In this document: positions 36,801 through 50,095 of the stretch, piece after piece
How positions within the stretch are numbered: position 1 is the stretch's first letter
Layout: every line of letters starts with the position of its first letter
NCBI RefSeq assembly: GCF_902713615.1
Contig: NC_052146.1
Span: 69,397,238-69,459,219 of the forward strand
Direction: 5' to 3'
DNA from: Scyliorhinus canicula
Taxonomy: Eukaryota
Length of the DNA: 61,982 nt
The notes under the pieces: model-generated
Database searches by the model: none
Seen by the model: only the letters and a program-made list of their open reading frames with translations
What the model was told of the DNA's origin: nothing
Made by a program: the position numbers and the translations under genes

Positions 36801-39800
36801 CTATCGCAAGGGCGAATAATGATGGGGAGAGAGGCCCCGGTGGAGCCTAAAGTATTCCGACCTCACCCTGTTCGTGCACACACTTGCTACGGGGGCCTGG
36901 TAGAGTAACTGGACCCAACCTATGAACCCCTCACCGAATCCAAACCTTCTTAGTGCTTCCCAAAGGTTTTTTTTTATAAATGTTTTTTTATTGAGTTTTC
37001 ATATTTTATATATGACAAATTACAAGTTATTAGAGAGAGAGAAAAAAAAAGGAAAACACAAAATTTTTTTTACATGAATATTTACAGGTAAGCATCTTCA
37101 TAACAATAATTGTGGCCGCCCCCTTTAGCCAGCATACATATTTTACATTCCCCAATATGGCCGAGGCACATGTTTATAGGCATTTATTTATAGTTTGGTT
37201 TTGGGCCTTGGCTTGCCATCAAACCCCCATACCGAGCCCGTAGCCCCCCCCCCCCTCCCCCCGGCTACCTTCCCCTGATTCCCGCCCATTTTCCCCTGGT
37301 TCTTGGCCACCCGACTATTCTTCCTCATGTACGTTGGCCACAAACAGGTCCCGGAACAGTTGCATGAATGGCTCCCACGTTCTGTGGAAGCCGTCGTCCG
37401 ACCCTCGGATGGCGAATTTGATTTTCTCCATTTGGAGAGATTCCGAGAGGTCGGACAGCCAGTCTGCAGCTCTGGGTGGTGCTGCTGACCGCCAGCCAAA
37501 CAGGATTCTACGGCGGGCAATCAGGGAGGCAAAGGCAAGGGCGTCCGCCCTCCTCCCCAGGAATAGATCTGGCTGGTCTGAAACCCCGAAGACCGCCACT
37601 ATCGGGCATGGCTCCACCCTCACCCCCACCACTTTGGACATAGCCTCGAAGAAGGCTGTCCAGTACTCCACAAGTCTGGGGCAAGACCAGAACATGTGGG
37701 CGTGGTTGGCCGGGCCTCTCTGGCACCGCTCACATTTGTCCTCCACCTCCGGGAAGAACCTACTCATACGGTTTCTCGTTAAGTGGGCTCTATGTACCAC
37801 TTTTAGTTGCGTCAGGCTGAGCCTTGCGCACGTGGAGGTGGAGTTGACCCTATGCAGTGCTTCGCTCCAGAGTCCCCACCCTATCTCCATCCCCAGGTCG
37901 TCCTCCCATTTCCTTCTTGTTGCGTCCAGTACGGTGTCGTCCCTATCTACCAGTCGGTCATACATGTCACTACAGTTCCCTTTCTCTAGGATACTTGCGT
38001 CCAGTAGGTCTTCCAATAGTGTCTGTCGTGGCGGTTGTGGGTACGTCCTAGTCTCCTTTCGTAGGAAGTTTTTGAGCTGCAGGTACCGTAGCTCGTTCCC
38101 CCCAGCTAGCTGAAATTTCTCTGTCAGTTCGTCCAGTGTTGCGATCCTGTCGTCCGTGTATAGGTCTCTGACTGTCAGTGTCCCCCCGTCCTGCCTCCAC
38201 CTTTTGAAGGTGGCGTCGGTCAGTGCTGGTTTGAACCTATGGTTGTTGCAGATGGGAGCCTTGTCCGACATTTTGTACAGGCCAAATTGCTGCCGCAGTT
38301 GGTTCCAGGATTGGAGGGTGGCTGTCACCACTGGGCTGGTGGAGTGTTTTTTGGGTGGGGATGGGAGTGCTGCCGTGGCGAGGGCCCGGAGGGAGGTTCC
38401 CATGCAGGAGGCCTCCTCCGCACGCACCCACTCGGCTTCTGGCTCCTGGATCCATCCCCTTACTCGCTCGGCTGTTGCCGCCCAGTGGTAGAATTGTAGA
38501 TTCGGGAGGGCTAGCCCCCCCCTGGATTTTGTTTTTTGTATGACCTTCTTTGGGATCCTAGCATTTTTACCCCCCCATACGAACGCCATGATATGTTTGA
38601 GTGCTTCCCAAAGGTACTCTCATTCCACCCGGTCAAAGGCTTTATCTGCGTCCATCGCCATCACTACTTCTGCCTCCCCTCCCTCTGAGGGCATCAAGAT
38701 GATGTTTAGGAGCCTCCGTACATTAGAGTTCAATTGCCTCCCCTTGACGAAGCCTGTCTGATCCTCCCCTATCACCCCAGGGACACAGTCCTCAATTCTA
38801 GCAGCCGAGATCTTGGCCAACAATTTGGCATCTACGTTCAGGAGCGATATCGGTCTATAAGATCCACACTGTAGCAGATCTTTCTCTCGTTTCAGGGTGA
38901 GCGAAATTGAAGCCTGTGACGTTGTTGGGGGGAGGGTCCCTCTCTCTTTGGCCTCATTAAAGGTCCTTAGCAGGAGTGGGCTCAGCAGCTCTGAAAATTT
39001 CTTGTAGAATTCTACAGGATAGCCGTACGGCCCCGGGGCCTTGCCCGACTGCATGTTCCCTCGACCCTTTACAATCTCCTCCAGCTCTATCGGGGCCCCC
39101 AGCCCCTCCACCAGATCCTCTTCTACCTTTGGAAACCTCAGTTGGTCCATGAATTGCTTCACCCCTTCCCTTCCCGGCGGGGGCTCTGACTCATGCAATT
39201 TACCGTGAAACATTCTAAAGACTTTGTTCACGCCCTCTGGGTTCATGACCATGTTGCCCTCCTTATCCTGCACTACCCCAATTTCCCTGGCCACTCTTGC
39301 GAAGTTGGTGCGCCAGCATTCTACTTGCTTTCTCTCCGCATTCGTAGACAGCCCCTTTGGCCTTCCTCAGCTGTGCTACCGCCTTCCCAGTGGTCAGCAG
39401 GTCGAATTCCACCTGCAGCCTCTGGCGCTCTTCCAGTAGCCCCATCTCAGGGGTCTCCACGTAACTCCTGTCTACCCTGAGTATCTCCTCAACTAACCTT
39501 TCTCTCACCGCTCTTTCTTTCTTCTCTCTATGTGATCTGATAAAGATTAACTCACCTCTGATAACTGCCTTCGGGGCACCCACACCATGGTTGCAGCAAC
39601 CTCCCCCGTATCATTAGTTTCCAAGTAGTTTTTAATGTTCCCCTTTATCCACTCACAGACCACGTCATCTGCCAGCAGCCCCACATCTAGCCTCCATAGT
39701 GGGCGCTGACCTCTCTCCTCCCCAAGATGCACATCCACCCAGTGCGGAGCATGGCCGGAGACTGCAATGGCCGAGTATTCTGTCCCCTCCACCCTTGGGA

Positions 39801-40830
39801 TTAACGCCCTGCTCATCACAAAGAAATCTATACGGGAATAAACTTTGTGGATGTGGGAAAAAAAGAAAACTCCTTCGCCCTCGGCCGGATGATCTCCATG
39901 TGTCTACGCCCCCCACCTGTTCCATAAATTCCCTCAGTTCTTTAGCCGCCGCTGGTCACTTTTCCGACCGGGTTTGACCGGTCCAATACAGGGTCTATGA
40001 CTGTGTTGAAGTCACCCCCCATTATCAGATTGTGTGAGTCTAAGTCCGGAATTTTACCCAGCATGCGTCTCATGAATTCCACGTCGTCCCAGTTCGGGGC
40101 GTAAACGTTCACTAGCACCACCTGAGTCCCCTGCAGCTTCCCGCTAACCATTATGTATCTGCCCCCCTTGACAGCCACAATATTCCCTCCTCTGGTCTTT
40201 GACTCCAGTCCTGAATGAAACACCTGGCCCACCCACCCTTTTCTCAATCTTGTTTGGTCCGCAAGTTTTAGGAGCATCTCCTGTAGCATGGCTACGTCTG
40301 CCTTGAACCCCTTTAGGTGCGAGAACACGCAAGCCCTCTTGACCGGCCCATAATGGCCCCACACATCCACGTGATCGGCCTGGATGAGGGGTTAACCCCC
40401 CCTCCCCTGCCGATTAACCATCTCCCTTTTTCGGCCAGCCACGAGCCTGTGACCCCCGCTTACTCAAGCCCTCCCATTGGAGCCCCCCCCCACCCCCCCC
40501 GACTCTCCCTATGTTCCTCCATGTTGGCTCCTTTTCTGTCAGCAAAGCAGCATCCCATTCCCACCCCCAGTAGCCCCATGATCCCAAACCCCCAAGTCAA
40601 GCACCCGCTTGACACTGGCTCTCCCCCCATTACGCTTCCGTGAGTCAGCTGACCCATGCTGATCCCAGCCGCTCCTGCCTCTCTCTCCGATTATTCAGAT
40701 GCCTCATTTTTTGGGCCTCTCCCTCCCTGTGAAAAGCCTAACTTAACTGCTTTAACAGCCCGCAAGGAACCTTTCCGCCTCCCCCCCAACAAAACGAACA
40801 CCAAACCCCGCGCAAACCCGGCCCCACAAA
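36800..40830 (-). mobile_element. Older L1-clade LINE fragment (spacer, endonuclease, partial RT), 3'-deleted
   Basis: Endonuclease motifs GPVKRACVF, VNVYAPN, MGGDFN; RT motifs YRPISLLNVDAKLL, DADKAFDRVE and LSPSLFALAIE. Frameshifted. The 5' boundary is approximate. Confidence 0.88.
36967..38599 (-). mobile_element. Young 5'-truncated L1 inserted into the older L1
   Basis: Uninterrupted 424-codon ORF2 C-terminus (37315-38589) with a CCHC finger CERC-x8-H-x4-C, 3'UTR and poly(A). 15-bp TSD agtgcttcccaaagg (36952-36966, 38600-38614). Confidence 0.93.
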
Positions 40831-42871
40831 AAAAATGGCTCCAGCTGCTAATAGATTGACACCTTTCATGTGTGCTATTGCTTGTGTATCTTCCTTGCAT
40901 CTGTATTTCTTAGGCACAATTTTTCCTGGAATTTTTTCCAGGGTTTTTCAGTGGCAGATTGGTGGTTTTCTTGGAGAAAACCATTCCGAAGGGCCTTTTC
41001 CACAGTTACTACTGGGGTTTTGCAGAAGATATGTTGGATGATGGGTGGCCAGGAAAACCAAGGTAGTTTTAAGGGATTTATATTGATATGATTGAATAGC
41101 AGATATAAGGAATAGTTTTAAGTGGGTTTACTTTAGTGTGTCTGTGTACGGAAGGGTAAACCTATTGTTAGATTTATGTTAGACAAGGATGCTTGCATCT
41201 GGAGGATTTCTGGTTTCAGGTAAACCTATGCTTCTACTGTGCATAGAGGGAGTTACGGCGTGAAAAGCAAATTCAAGATTGGAGAAGTAAGAAGTCATTG
41301 CTTAGCAACGAGGGGCATGTTTAAGTTAGGAAGTCTTTTGTGATTTTGTTTCTAACTGAACATAGAAGTTGGTTATTGAAGGTGCGAGAAGAGGCATCTC
41401 ACAGCTTTGCTTGAAGAAAAACCATACCATTGAGTAATGGTTAAGAAAACAATTGCAGTAAACCTAAAGAGCATCCAATTAAAGAAAATAGAGAGGTGAA
41501 AAGAAGTTTCAAGAGGTCGGAAGTTAAAGCAACAAAGAGGAGCAACCTTTGGAGGAGGATACTGTTTACAGAAGTTAAATTCAAGAAGACTGAATGAGAT
41601 TAGCTACAGCCAAGCTACATATCTGAAGCAACCTTAAGGTTTTTTGTCCTTATTTCCAATGTTTGAATGAGTTTGTGTAAAAGCATGTAAGACAAAGGAA
41701 ACCTGAAAGGCGACGTGGAACACCTGCTGCTGGATTCCTTGTTACCAAGTGGAGCCGACGTTTTATTTGAAAAGTTAGAAAACCTAGAGCGGATTTTAAT
41801 GCAAATAGCTGATGGAAAGCATGGCTTGAGAGAATATTTTAAAACGTGTCTTTTGGGTGTACAGTGTGGAAACCCTTATGTAACAATCATTTGGGGAATT
41901 GTGAAAGAAAGCCAAAGAAGATCAGTTGAATAGCATGGGACATTTGGCTCAGAGTGTTCTCTTTGAAACATTACACGTTTGTGAAGCAAGGGGGGAGTAA
42001 AGGAATGTTGAATCGTAATCAAACATTTTTTCATGCTGTTTTAAAATTGTTTTAAAAGTAGACAATTCTTTATTTTCCAATAAAGGGACAATTTAGCGTG
42101 GCCAACCTTCCCTGCACATCTTTGGGTTGTGGGGGCGAGACCCATACAGACGTTTCTTGCTGTTAAAACTAATTCATGGCCCTGTGACTTTGTTCCTCCA
42201 CATGTTCTAAAAGAATGTAGAAGTTAGATCTTTTGAGCCAGGGGTCCATTCTGGAATCTTCCCGTCCAGTCGAATGCCGACCGGGACCGTAACAGGGTTA
42301 AAATTCCGATTCATGATCGGTTGGACGTGAGTTCTTATCCAATCGCAGGAATTGGCGGAAATTCACATTGTGAGGAGTTCAGAATCAAATTTTCACCCAA
42401 TGGAATTATTCTCCCAAACATCAGGACACTGCTTTATTAATTAGGACATTAACTCTTAACTGTCATTTCTCTCTTTGAATTATCGGTGTTAAAACTCATA
42501 GTTGCTATCCCCAAACTGCCCTCACTCGACTCAATCTCCTGCTTATCCACGACAGATTCCCGCGTCTCTCGATACCGCAACCCCACGGGGTCAGCCAGGA
42601 GCTTTCTGTTTAAACGCGGAAGCGGTATTCTGGATTAACCGGCATTGCCCATTTCCCGCTCAATTTCAACAGACAAACAACTTCAAAATGATAAAAAAAC
42701 ACTTAAAATAAATATTTTTATATTTATATTTTCTAATTGGTTTCGATCCAAAATATGAAAGCAATCTCATTCGCAAAGGTGAACTTTAATACTTTTGAAT
42801 ATCATTTTTTAAATCTATGAATGCAATATTAATTTGAGTTCATTTTACCTGTGCGGCTAAACGGGTGGTGT

Positions 42872-43097
42872 TCTTTTAAAAAAATTTAAAGTACCCAATT
42901 AGTTTTTTCCAATTAAGGATCAATTTAGCATGGCCAATGCACCTACCCTGCACATCTTTGGGTTGTGGGGACGAAACCCAGGCAAACACAGGGAGAATGT
43001 GCAAACTTCACACGGACAGTGACCCAGTGCCAGGATCGAACCTGGGACCTCAGCACCTTGAGGCAGCAATGCTAACCACTGCACCACCATGCTGCCC
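42872..43097 (-). mobile_element. Short A-tailed SINE
   Basis: Reverse complement of the 61529-61752 type. Partial related copies at 42050-42150 and 43560-43700. Confidence 0.8.
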
Positions 43098-43199
43098 TCA
43101 GAATGGTATTATGATCTTTGGAGATTGAAGAGAGGAACATGGAAATTCAGACAATGTTAGCTTCCCCAGCCATTGTTTTCCTGCTTCAGTATATTTTCA

Positions 43200-43560
43200 A
43201 GAGACCAAAAGGAATTGGTATTTGGAGCCAGAGGAGATTGGTTGGATGTTGAATGAATACTTCATATCTGTTTCCAGACAAGAGAATGAGGAGGTATGTA
43301 TAGAGCTCTGGAAACAAGACTGTGATGTTCTTGAGTAAATTGTCATAGGGAATGATAAGGCATTGGAGGTGTTGGCAGGCTTAAAAATGGACAAAGCTCC
43401 AGGTCTGGGTGAATTGGGTCCCAAGATGCCATGGGAAGTGAGGGAGGAGATTTCAGGGGCTCTGATCCAAATTTTTAGTTCCTCTCTGGCCTCAGGGAGG
43501 TATCAGAAGACTAGAGAACAGCTAATGTGGTCCCATTATTAAAGAAAGATTGTAAAGGCT
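43200..43560 (+). mobile_element. CR1 LINE fragment (pre-RT region)
   Basis: Degenerate LNEYFISVF...KMDKAPG...PLLKK motifs. Confidence 0.65.
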
Positions 43561-44329
43561 TTAAAAAAATTTAGAGTACCTAATTATTTTTTCCAAATAA
43601 GGGGCAATTTAGCGTGGCCAATCCACCTATCCTGCACATCTTTGGGTTTTGGGAGTGAAACCCATGAAGACACAGGGAGAATGTGCAAACTCCACAAGGC
43701 TCGAGTGCCGTTTGGCTCAGCAACATCCTGCCAGACTACGCCAAATGTTAGAGGTGAAAATATTCACACGGAGGCTTGACGATGAGTAACAAAACAGTTT
43801 ATTCTGTCAGATCTGGGAGAAAAACCTGAGGCTACGCAGCCTATTGACAGCACCCTTTTCCCAGTTGAGCTAAGGGTCACCTAGGTTAATATACAGATTC
43901 AAGGGGCGGAATTAGGTGTATTCTTATTTACATACAATCAATCAACTATTTTCGCGGCACACTTCATTACATGCAGTCAATCAATTTTCTTGGCATCCCA
44001 GTTATCACATATATGGTTAAAGTGGGTGTTGTCTTACCTGCCCCTAACTTCATGCAAAAGTCACCCAAGACTAACATAATGATGTCCTGTCTGCAGCTGG
44101 GGTCCTTGAGCTTGTCAAGAACACATAGCATTTCTTGTTCTGTGAAGCTGTTATCAGCGGCTGTTGACATACTCCCTAGGGTCTCATGAGGTATTTACAC
44201 AGTTTGTAACTTATTGTTAAAGGAAAGTGGCTAGTTCAGCCATTTTGTGTCTTTAGTATTGTGTTTAGTATTGCTAAAATAGCTAACAGCCATTTTGTGT
44301 CCTTCCTGATATTAACAGCATTGTGTATA

Positions 44330-44670
44330 CACTGTCTATTTCTACAAATTGGTTCTCCATCTCTCTGCTGCTATAGGGGGGTCTATAGAAATCACCCAAT
44401 AAAGTGACTGCCCCTTTCTTGTTTCTAACTTCCACCCATACTGACTCAGTAGACAAACCCTCCTCGACTACCTCCATTTCTGCAGCTTAGATGCACTCCC
44501 TAATTAACAGTACCACTCCCCACCTCTTTTACCTCCCTCCCTATTCTTCTGAAGACATCTAAACCCCGGAACATCTAACAACCATTCCTGCCCCTGTGAA
44601 ATCCATGTCTCCGTAATGGCCACAACATTGTAGTTCCAAGTACTGATACATGTTCTAAGTTCATCTCCCT
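44330..44670 (-). mobile_element. CR1 endonuclease fragment
   Basis: VVAITETW, GGKRGG, STESVWVEVRNKKG, FYRPP. Confidence 0.8.
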
Positions 44671-46482
44671 TGTGTTGTGAACAGTTGTGAACAGGTGGCC
44701 AAAATGTCATGATTTGGAATTCAATGTAAATAAATGTAACCGATATTTATATGGGAACAAAAGCCAAGAAATATTTAGCCCACTGATTAATCAAATTTTA
44801 CCAGGAACGTGAAAACCGTGGAGGCAGGTAAGCATAACCCCCGGCAGAGAAGTGGTTCCCCTATGGGACCAAGAACACTGCCAGGGGGTCACCCAGGCCT
44901 CCTTTTCAAACAGGTATTGGAAAACCCCAATTGAAAACATGGTAAACAAGGACGTAGGTATGATCATTGAAAATAAAAGTGTGAGTGTGATGACAGATTT
45001 TAACGGGATGAAGGCAGTACTCGGTTATATCTAAATGTTTTAAGACATTGAAACATTGTTCTAACCTTGTGTACATTGCTGTATTGAGTCAATGCATTTG
45101 ACCTCTATACGTTATACTGAGAGTTGAGATCACTTGGTTGATATATCCAGCCTCAGGATGCTAAGTTTCGTAAAGTTGAATTTCAACTATTCTTGGGATG
45201 ACTTTTGTGTCTTCTACATCTGAGATGAATACACAATACTTGTTCAACGTTTCTCTCGTTTTCTTGTTAACCATTATTAATTCGCCAGTCTTAGATTCCA
45301 ATGGATCAACACTCCTTTAGCTACCCTTATTATTTTAATTGATTTGTGGAAACTCTTGCCGTCTGATTTTATATTCCTTGCTCGCTTTCTATCATACTCT
45401 AAATTATCCCTCCTTTTTTTGTAATTCTTGCTGGTTTCAGACCATCTGACCAACCACTAATCTTTCCAGGATTGTATGGGGTTCCTTTCAATTCGAGGCT
45501 ATCTTTAACTTGTTAGATTGCCATGGTGTTATGTCTAATTGAAAATTAATACCGCCGATAGTACCGCATTTCTTGATTATTTCAATGAGCCGTGAATTTG
45601 CATTCAAACGGTGCACTGGGCTTGAACTCGCAATGGTTTGACTCAGAAGCAAGCATTGCCGAGGTTGGCTCAGATGCCTCGCTTAAATGAGCTTAGAGGG
45701 CGTTATTAACCAAGAATGTAAACATTAAACCCTTTCTTTTAGAAAAGCAGGAACTTTTAAGTTATCTTCAGAACTAAAGACTCTAGGAGACATAGACCTT
45801 ATTATTGGGGGAAATCAACAGACGTCCAGCATCAATTGCAGCCTATGGACCACCAAATTCCCCCAAATTGGTAGTGATCTAAGAAGTCGCTGCTCCTCTG
45901 CTGTCGCTTCTCACCGATATGCCTGAATTCCATCGAGACCCAGAAACAGTAAAAGTCCAACATTTCTATTCTGAATATTTGACTATTTCTTTTTTCAATG
46001 TTTACACATATCCCGTAAACCACATTTCTTGCGGGAAGGAAAGAAGAAGTTATGGGATAATACCGAAAATCCAGTCAACAAAACTCTTGTAAATCATTGA
46101 AATAAACAAAAATACACAAAGAGCTGGAGGTGCACATGGGATCAGTCAGTGTGTGCATGGAAATAGACAGATTGTGACCATTCCGGTGTGTAGCTTTCAA
46201 TATGAATTTGACCTTCATGCTGTAAGGGATTGCAACGCGTGTTGTTCATGATTTTGTTTTATTCAGGGCTAAAAGTCAGATATTAATACAGTGTACACAA
46301 TGCAATGGCTGTGTCTAAAACTTAAAACATATATGACAAAGGCCAACAAAAATGTATCTTTTTTTCAAAGAGGTCTTCATCAACAGCAAAACGGATATTT
46401 AATGGATGAGTCTTAAGACAAGAAAGAGTCGCGAGTTATTTTAAGCAGCAATACAGATAAATTGCTGGGTTACAACAATACA

Positions 46483-46488
46483 TTTATT
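46483..46488 (-). terminator. PolyA signal AATAAA of the IgL C exon
   Basis: tttatt on the plus strand, 6 nt after the TGA stop. Confidence 0.75.
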
Positions 46489-46494
46489 TCTCCC

Positions 46495-46823
46495 TCACAT
46501 GCAGTTTGAACGCCTGATGCTTTGCTCAAGTGTGGACCCGAGAGACTCGTGTTTAGCCACGCAGGAATAAAGCTCGTGTGAGTTCCAGTCAGAGGCGGAG
46601 AGGGTCAGGTAACTGCTCACACTGTACGTCTGGTCAGAGTCCAGTAAGGTTGAGCTGGTCTGGATTCCCGTCTCTCTCACTTTGCCGTCCACGCTCCACA
46701 AAAGTTGTACGGAATCCGGGTAAAAATTATTCACCAAACACACCAACGTCGCCTGGTTGGCCACTGCAATCTGCTCCTTTGCTGGGGGAAAAAGCAAGAC
46801 CGTGGGGTTGGCTGGCTGACGAA
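46495..46823 (-). CDS. IGLC: Ig light-chain constant exon (lambda-type C1 domain)
   Basis: Acceptor ttttcctttcag|. Reads (V)RQPANPTVLLFPP...ATLVCLVNNFYP...W...YSVSSYLTLSASDWNSHELYSC...RSNCM*, with both domain cysteines and the penultimate interchain Cys. Confidence 0.96.
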
Positions 46824-47195
46824 CTGAAAGGAAAAGAAAAAGGTCGCATTAATTCTGAGTTCATTCTCAGTGACTGGTGTATTTGAATTGAGAGATGTTG
46901 GCACGATCAAATCTAAACAGGAAATGTTCCTGTCTGCGTGAGTTGCAAAGTGTATGTCCTGCACCTGCCCGTGGTTTTACATTTTCGAGATAATTTGCAC
47001 TTGGACACAAATATATCTGACGGCATTTGAACGCATCACATACGGAAAATCTAATTCCAGACGGTTAAAGTATTGTTTCACGTAGAATACCTTTGCTTCG
47101 GGAGGGTTAGAGGGCCTCCAAGTTGCTAATGTGGTGAGTGGGATAACAAATAGAGATTTCCTTGATTATCTGAGAGTAATAACTTTCAAAATTCA

Positions 47196-47480
47196 GATGA
47201 CACAGTGGTTAGCTCTACTGCCTCACAACACCAGAGGCCCGGGTTCATTTCCGTCTTTTGGTGACTGTGCGGAGTTTGCACTTTCTCCCCGTGTCTGCCT
47301 GGGTTTCCTCCCACAGTCCAAAGATGAGAAGGTTAGGTGGATCGGCCATGATAAATTACCCTTAGTGTCCAGAGATGTATTGGTTAGGTTCAGGGGTTAA
47401 GGGGATAGGGTGGGGGAGTGGACCTAGGTAGGCTTCTCTTTGGGGGATTTGGAGTAGAATCCATAAACTGAAGGGCCTCT
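47196..47480 (+). mobile_element. SINE in the J-C intron
   Basis: Degenerate SINE head and core. Confidence 0.75.
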
Positions 47481-48419
47481 TTCTACTCGGGCACTCTAGG
47501 GATTCTATCATTTCTCTGTGAAATGTAAAACATTTCAAAGCAGGGTGGTCAACATATCCATTCAAATCCGCCGACCATTGCCTAATTCTGCTCCTGGCAA
47601 GATTTCCAGTTAGCCAAATCTGCTGTACATGGGGAAAATCCTTATGGAGGTTTCTGATGTCTGGGAGGGAATTTTGTGCGAAAGTGTAACACAACGGCAA
47701 AATTTCCAGCAGAAATTGAAGCCCTACAGTTGAAGTGAATCTAGCAATGTGGTTTTCCCCATCAATATATACAGATTTTAAGAAAACCTGTGGATGAATG
47801 TTCAAGCCTGTCCGCTGCTACATAGACGACATTGCTCTAGAGGCGAATTTCCCTTGTTCAAGAAACAGAAAGGACACTTTTGGTTAGGAGGGAGCCACCC
47901 ATTTTCTTTCCCAAATACAGTTATCAGAATTCATAATAAAATTCAGAGATGTTTAAGTAACACACCAACCTAGGACTTGCGCTATGCTGCTCTTGCTCAT
48001 GTATTTGCTTTGTTTGGCCCCTTCTTCCGCATTGTAACAAATCACTTTGGCGATGTATCATTTGTCAATGTAGTCTGTTGATTATTCTTTTTGTCTACTA
48101 TGGACGTACTGTGTACATGCCCTCGACCTCAGTAAAATACTTTCCACTGGTACATGTGACAATAAAATCAAATCTAATCTAATCAGATATTCGCTATGAA
48201 TGGATAGATTAAAAACAAACTTGACCCTCACCAGTATCCTGCCTGGAATACGATTGCGCTGGTAGAACAAATCTTCACCATTGAGAAATAACGGTTAAGA
48301 GCATTAACCCTCTCCTGACTTTTAACCGATTGACTGTATCATAGACTCAAAGTGGTTACAGCACAGAAGCAGGCCATTCTGCTCGGAAATTCTGAAAGAG
48401 CTTATCAAACTGAGAAAGC

Positions 48420-48775
48420 TGCAACACAAGGAGACTTAGGGATACTTCTGCATGAAACACAGAGAGGTCGCACATAGGTGCAGCGGGTAATCAGGAAGGC
48501 GAAGGAATTATTGGTCATTATTTCAAAGGGATTGGCGTATAAGAGTAGGGAAGTTTTGCTTCAATCATACAAGGTACTAGTGAGGCCACATGTGAGCAGT
48601 TTTGATCCCCTTATTTAAGGAAATATATTATTTCATTGGAGGACGTTTAGAGAAGGTTCACTAGGATGATCTCTGTAAGGAGGGATTGTCTTGTGAACAA
48701 ACATTAACCAGGTTGGGACTTATTGGAATTTAGAATTAGAGGAGATCTCACTGAAACATACAGGATTCTTAAGGC
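48420..48775 (+). mobile_element. CR1 C-terminal fragment in the J-C intron
   Basis: Degenerate RDLG..., YKSREVLLQSYKVLVRPH motifs. Confidence 0.7.
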
Positions 48776-49285
48776 CTGCCGGTGGCCTTCCCGTGTGCCG
48801 CTCAATGTCATTAATTTGATGCCAAATGCAAGAGGACCTAATTATTGACCGCTGTGCTTAAAATTAAGCAAACTGGTATGCTGTCGAAACGCATGGGCTC
48901 GGGAGCAGGAATTGGTCCCGACGTTCCGCTGGAAAATTCAGCCCAAAGTGTGTGGATATTCTGCAAACAGGGGCATTGAATGACATGGGCGGATAGTTAG
49001 GGTATTTCAGAATGGGAAGGACATTTTAACAGGACGGAAATAGTGGTTTGATAAAGGCAAAATACACTGGATACATGAAATGGGAAAAAGTAACAGAACA
49101 TGCTGGATAAACCCAGCAGCTCTTCAGATCTAAATGCCTCTTCTACAGAACTGTTCTGATGCTGCCAGACCTGCTGAGTTCATACAGCTTTGGTTTGAAA
49201 GGAGTTATGAGAAATTGCCTGTACCCAGCCGAATTGCAAAAAACACATTTCTTACTTTTCTATTTGCAACCGTTCAATGCTTTAT

Positions 49286-49613
49286 GGGCTGCGCGGTAGC
49301 ACGGTGGTTAGCACAGTTGCTCCAGGGTCCCAGGTTCAATTCCTAGCTTGGGTCACTGTCTGCGCAGAGTTTGTACATTCTCCCCATGTGTGCATGAGTT
49401 TCCTCCGGGTGTTCTGGTTTCCTCCCAGAGTCCAAAGATTGGCCGTGGATTGGCCACGCTAAATTGCCCTTGGTGTCCAAAAAAGGTTAGGTGGGGTTAT
49501 GGGGATAGAGAGTGGACGCGTGGACTTGAGTAGGGTGCTCTTTCTAAGGGCCGGTGCAGACTCGATGGGCTGAATGGCCTCCTTCGGCACTGTAAAATCT
49601 ATGAAATCTATGA
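49286..49613 (+). mobile_element. SINE in the J-C intron
   Basis: Full head, core and atctatgaaatctatg tail. Confidence 0.85.
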
Positions 49614-49849
49614 AAGCAAGGTGGTGCTCGTGGAGGAAAACTTGCCCAGGTTATCTATTATTGGGAAACAGGTGTTAGGACTCCAAAAATAAGCTTCAGA
49701 AGATTTTAAGATTCGACAGAATAAAAGTATCAAATACAGTTAAATATTCTCTTCATACCGATTCAGAGTTTTAGCCTGAGCCACATAATCCTCCAGCATC
49801 AGTCTTGACTAGCTATGGTAACGATTCGAATAATTACCACGTCTTCTCA

Positions 49850-50095
49850 TTTCACAGAGTCCAATAGGTCATTCCGCCCTTCGAATTTGCACCGACTCTC
49901 CGAAAGAGCACTAGTCTACCCAGGTCCAGGTCCACTCCATGACACCATAAGCTAACCTGTACACCCTGGACACTTAAGGGGCAATTTAACATGGTCAATC
50001 CGGAGGAACCCACGCAGACACGGCGAGAATGTGCAATATTCCGGATCCCTGGCGCTGTGAGGTAGCAGTGCTAACTACTGTGCTGTCATGCTATC
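49850..50095 (-). mobile_element. Internally deleted SINE in the J-C intron
   Basis: Reverse complement of SINE tail and head segments. Confidence 0.7.

Noticed and set aside
36780-36830. Chimeric L1-Gypsy RT fusion protein
   Set aside because: The junction is out of frame (ALAIELRL*).
41030-42294. Possible long LTR ending gggaccgtaaca
   Set aside because: No partner LTR, TSD or clear 5' end could be established.
47198-47240. CACAGTG heptamer in the J-C intron as an extra RSS
   Set aside because: Part of a SINE head; no nonamer at 12 or 23 nt spacing.
49060-49200. Penelope-like palindromic remnant as a second hammerhead
   Set aside because: The CUGANGA...GAAA core and stem II are absent.
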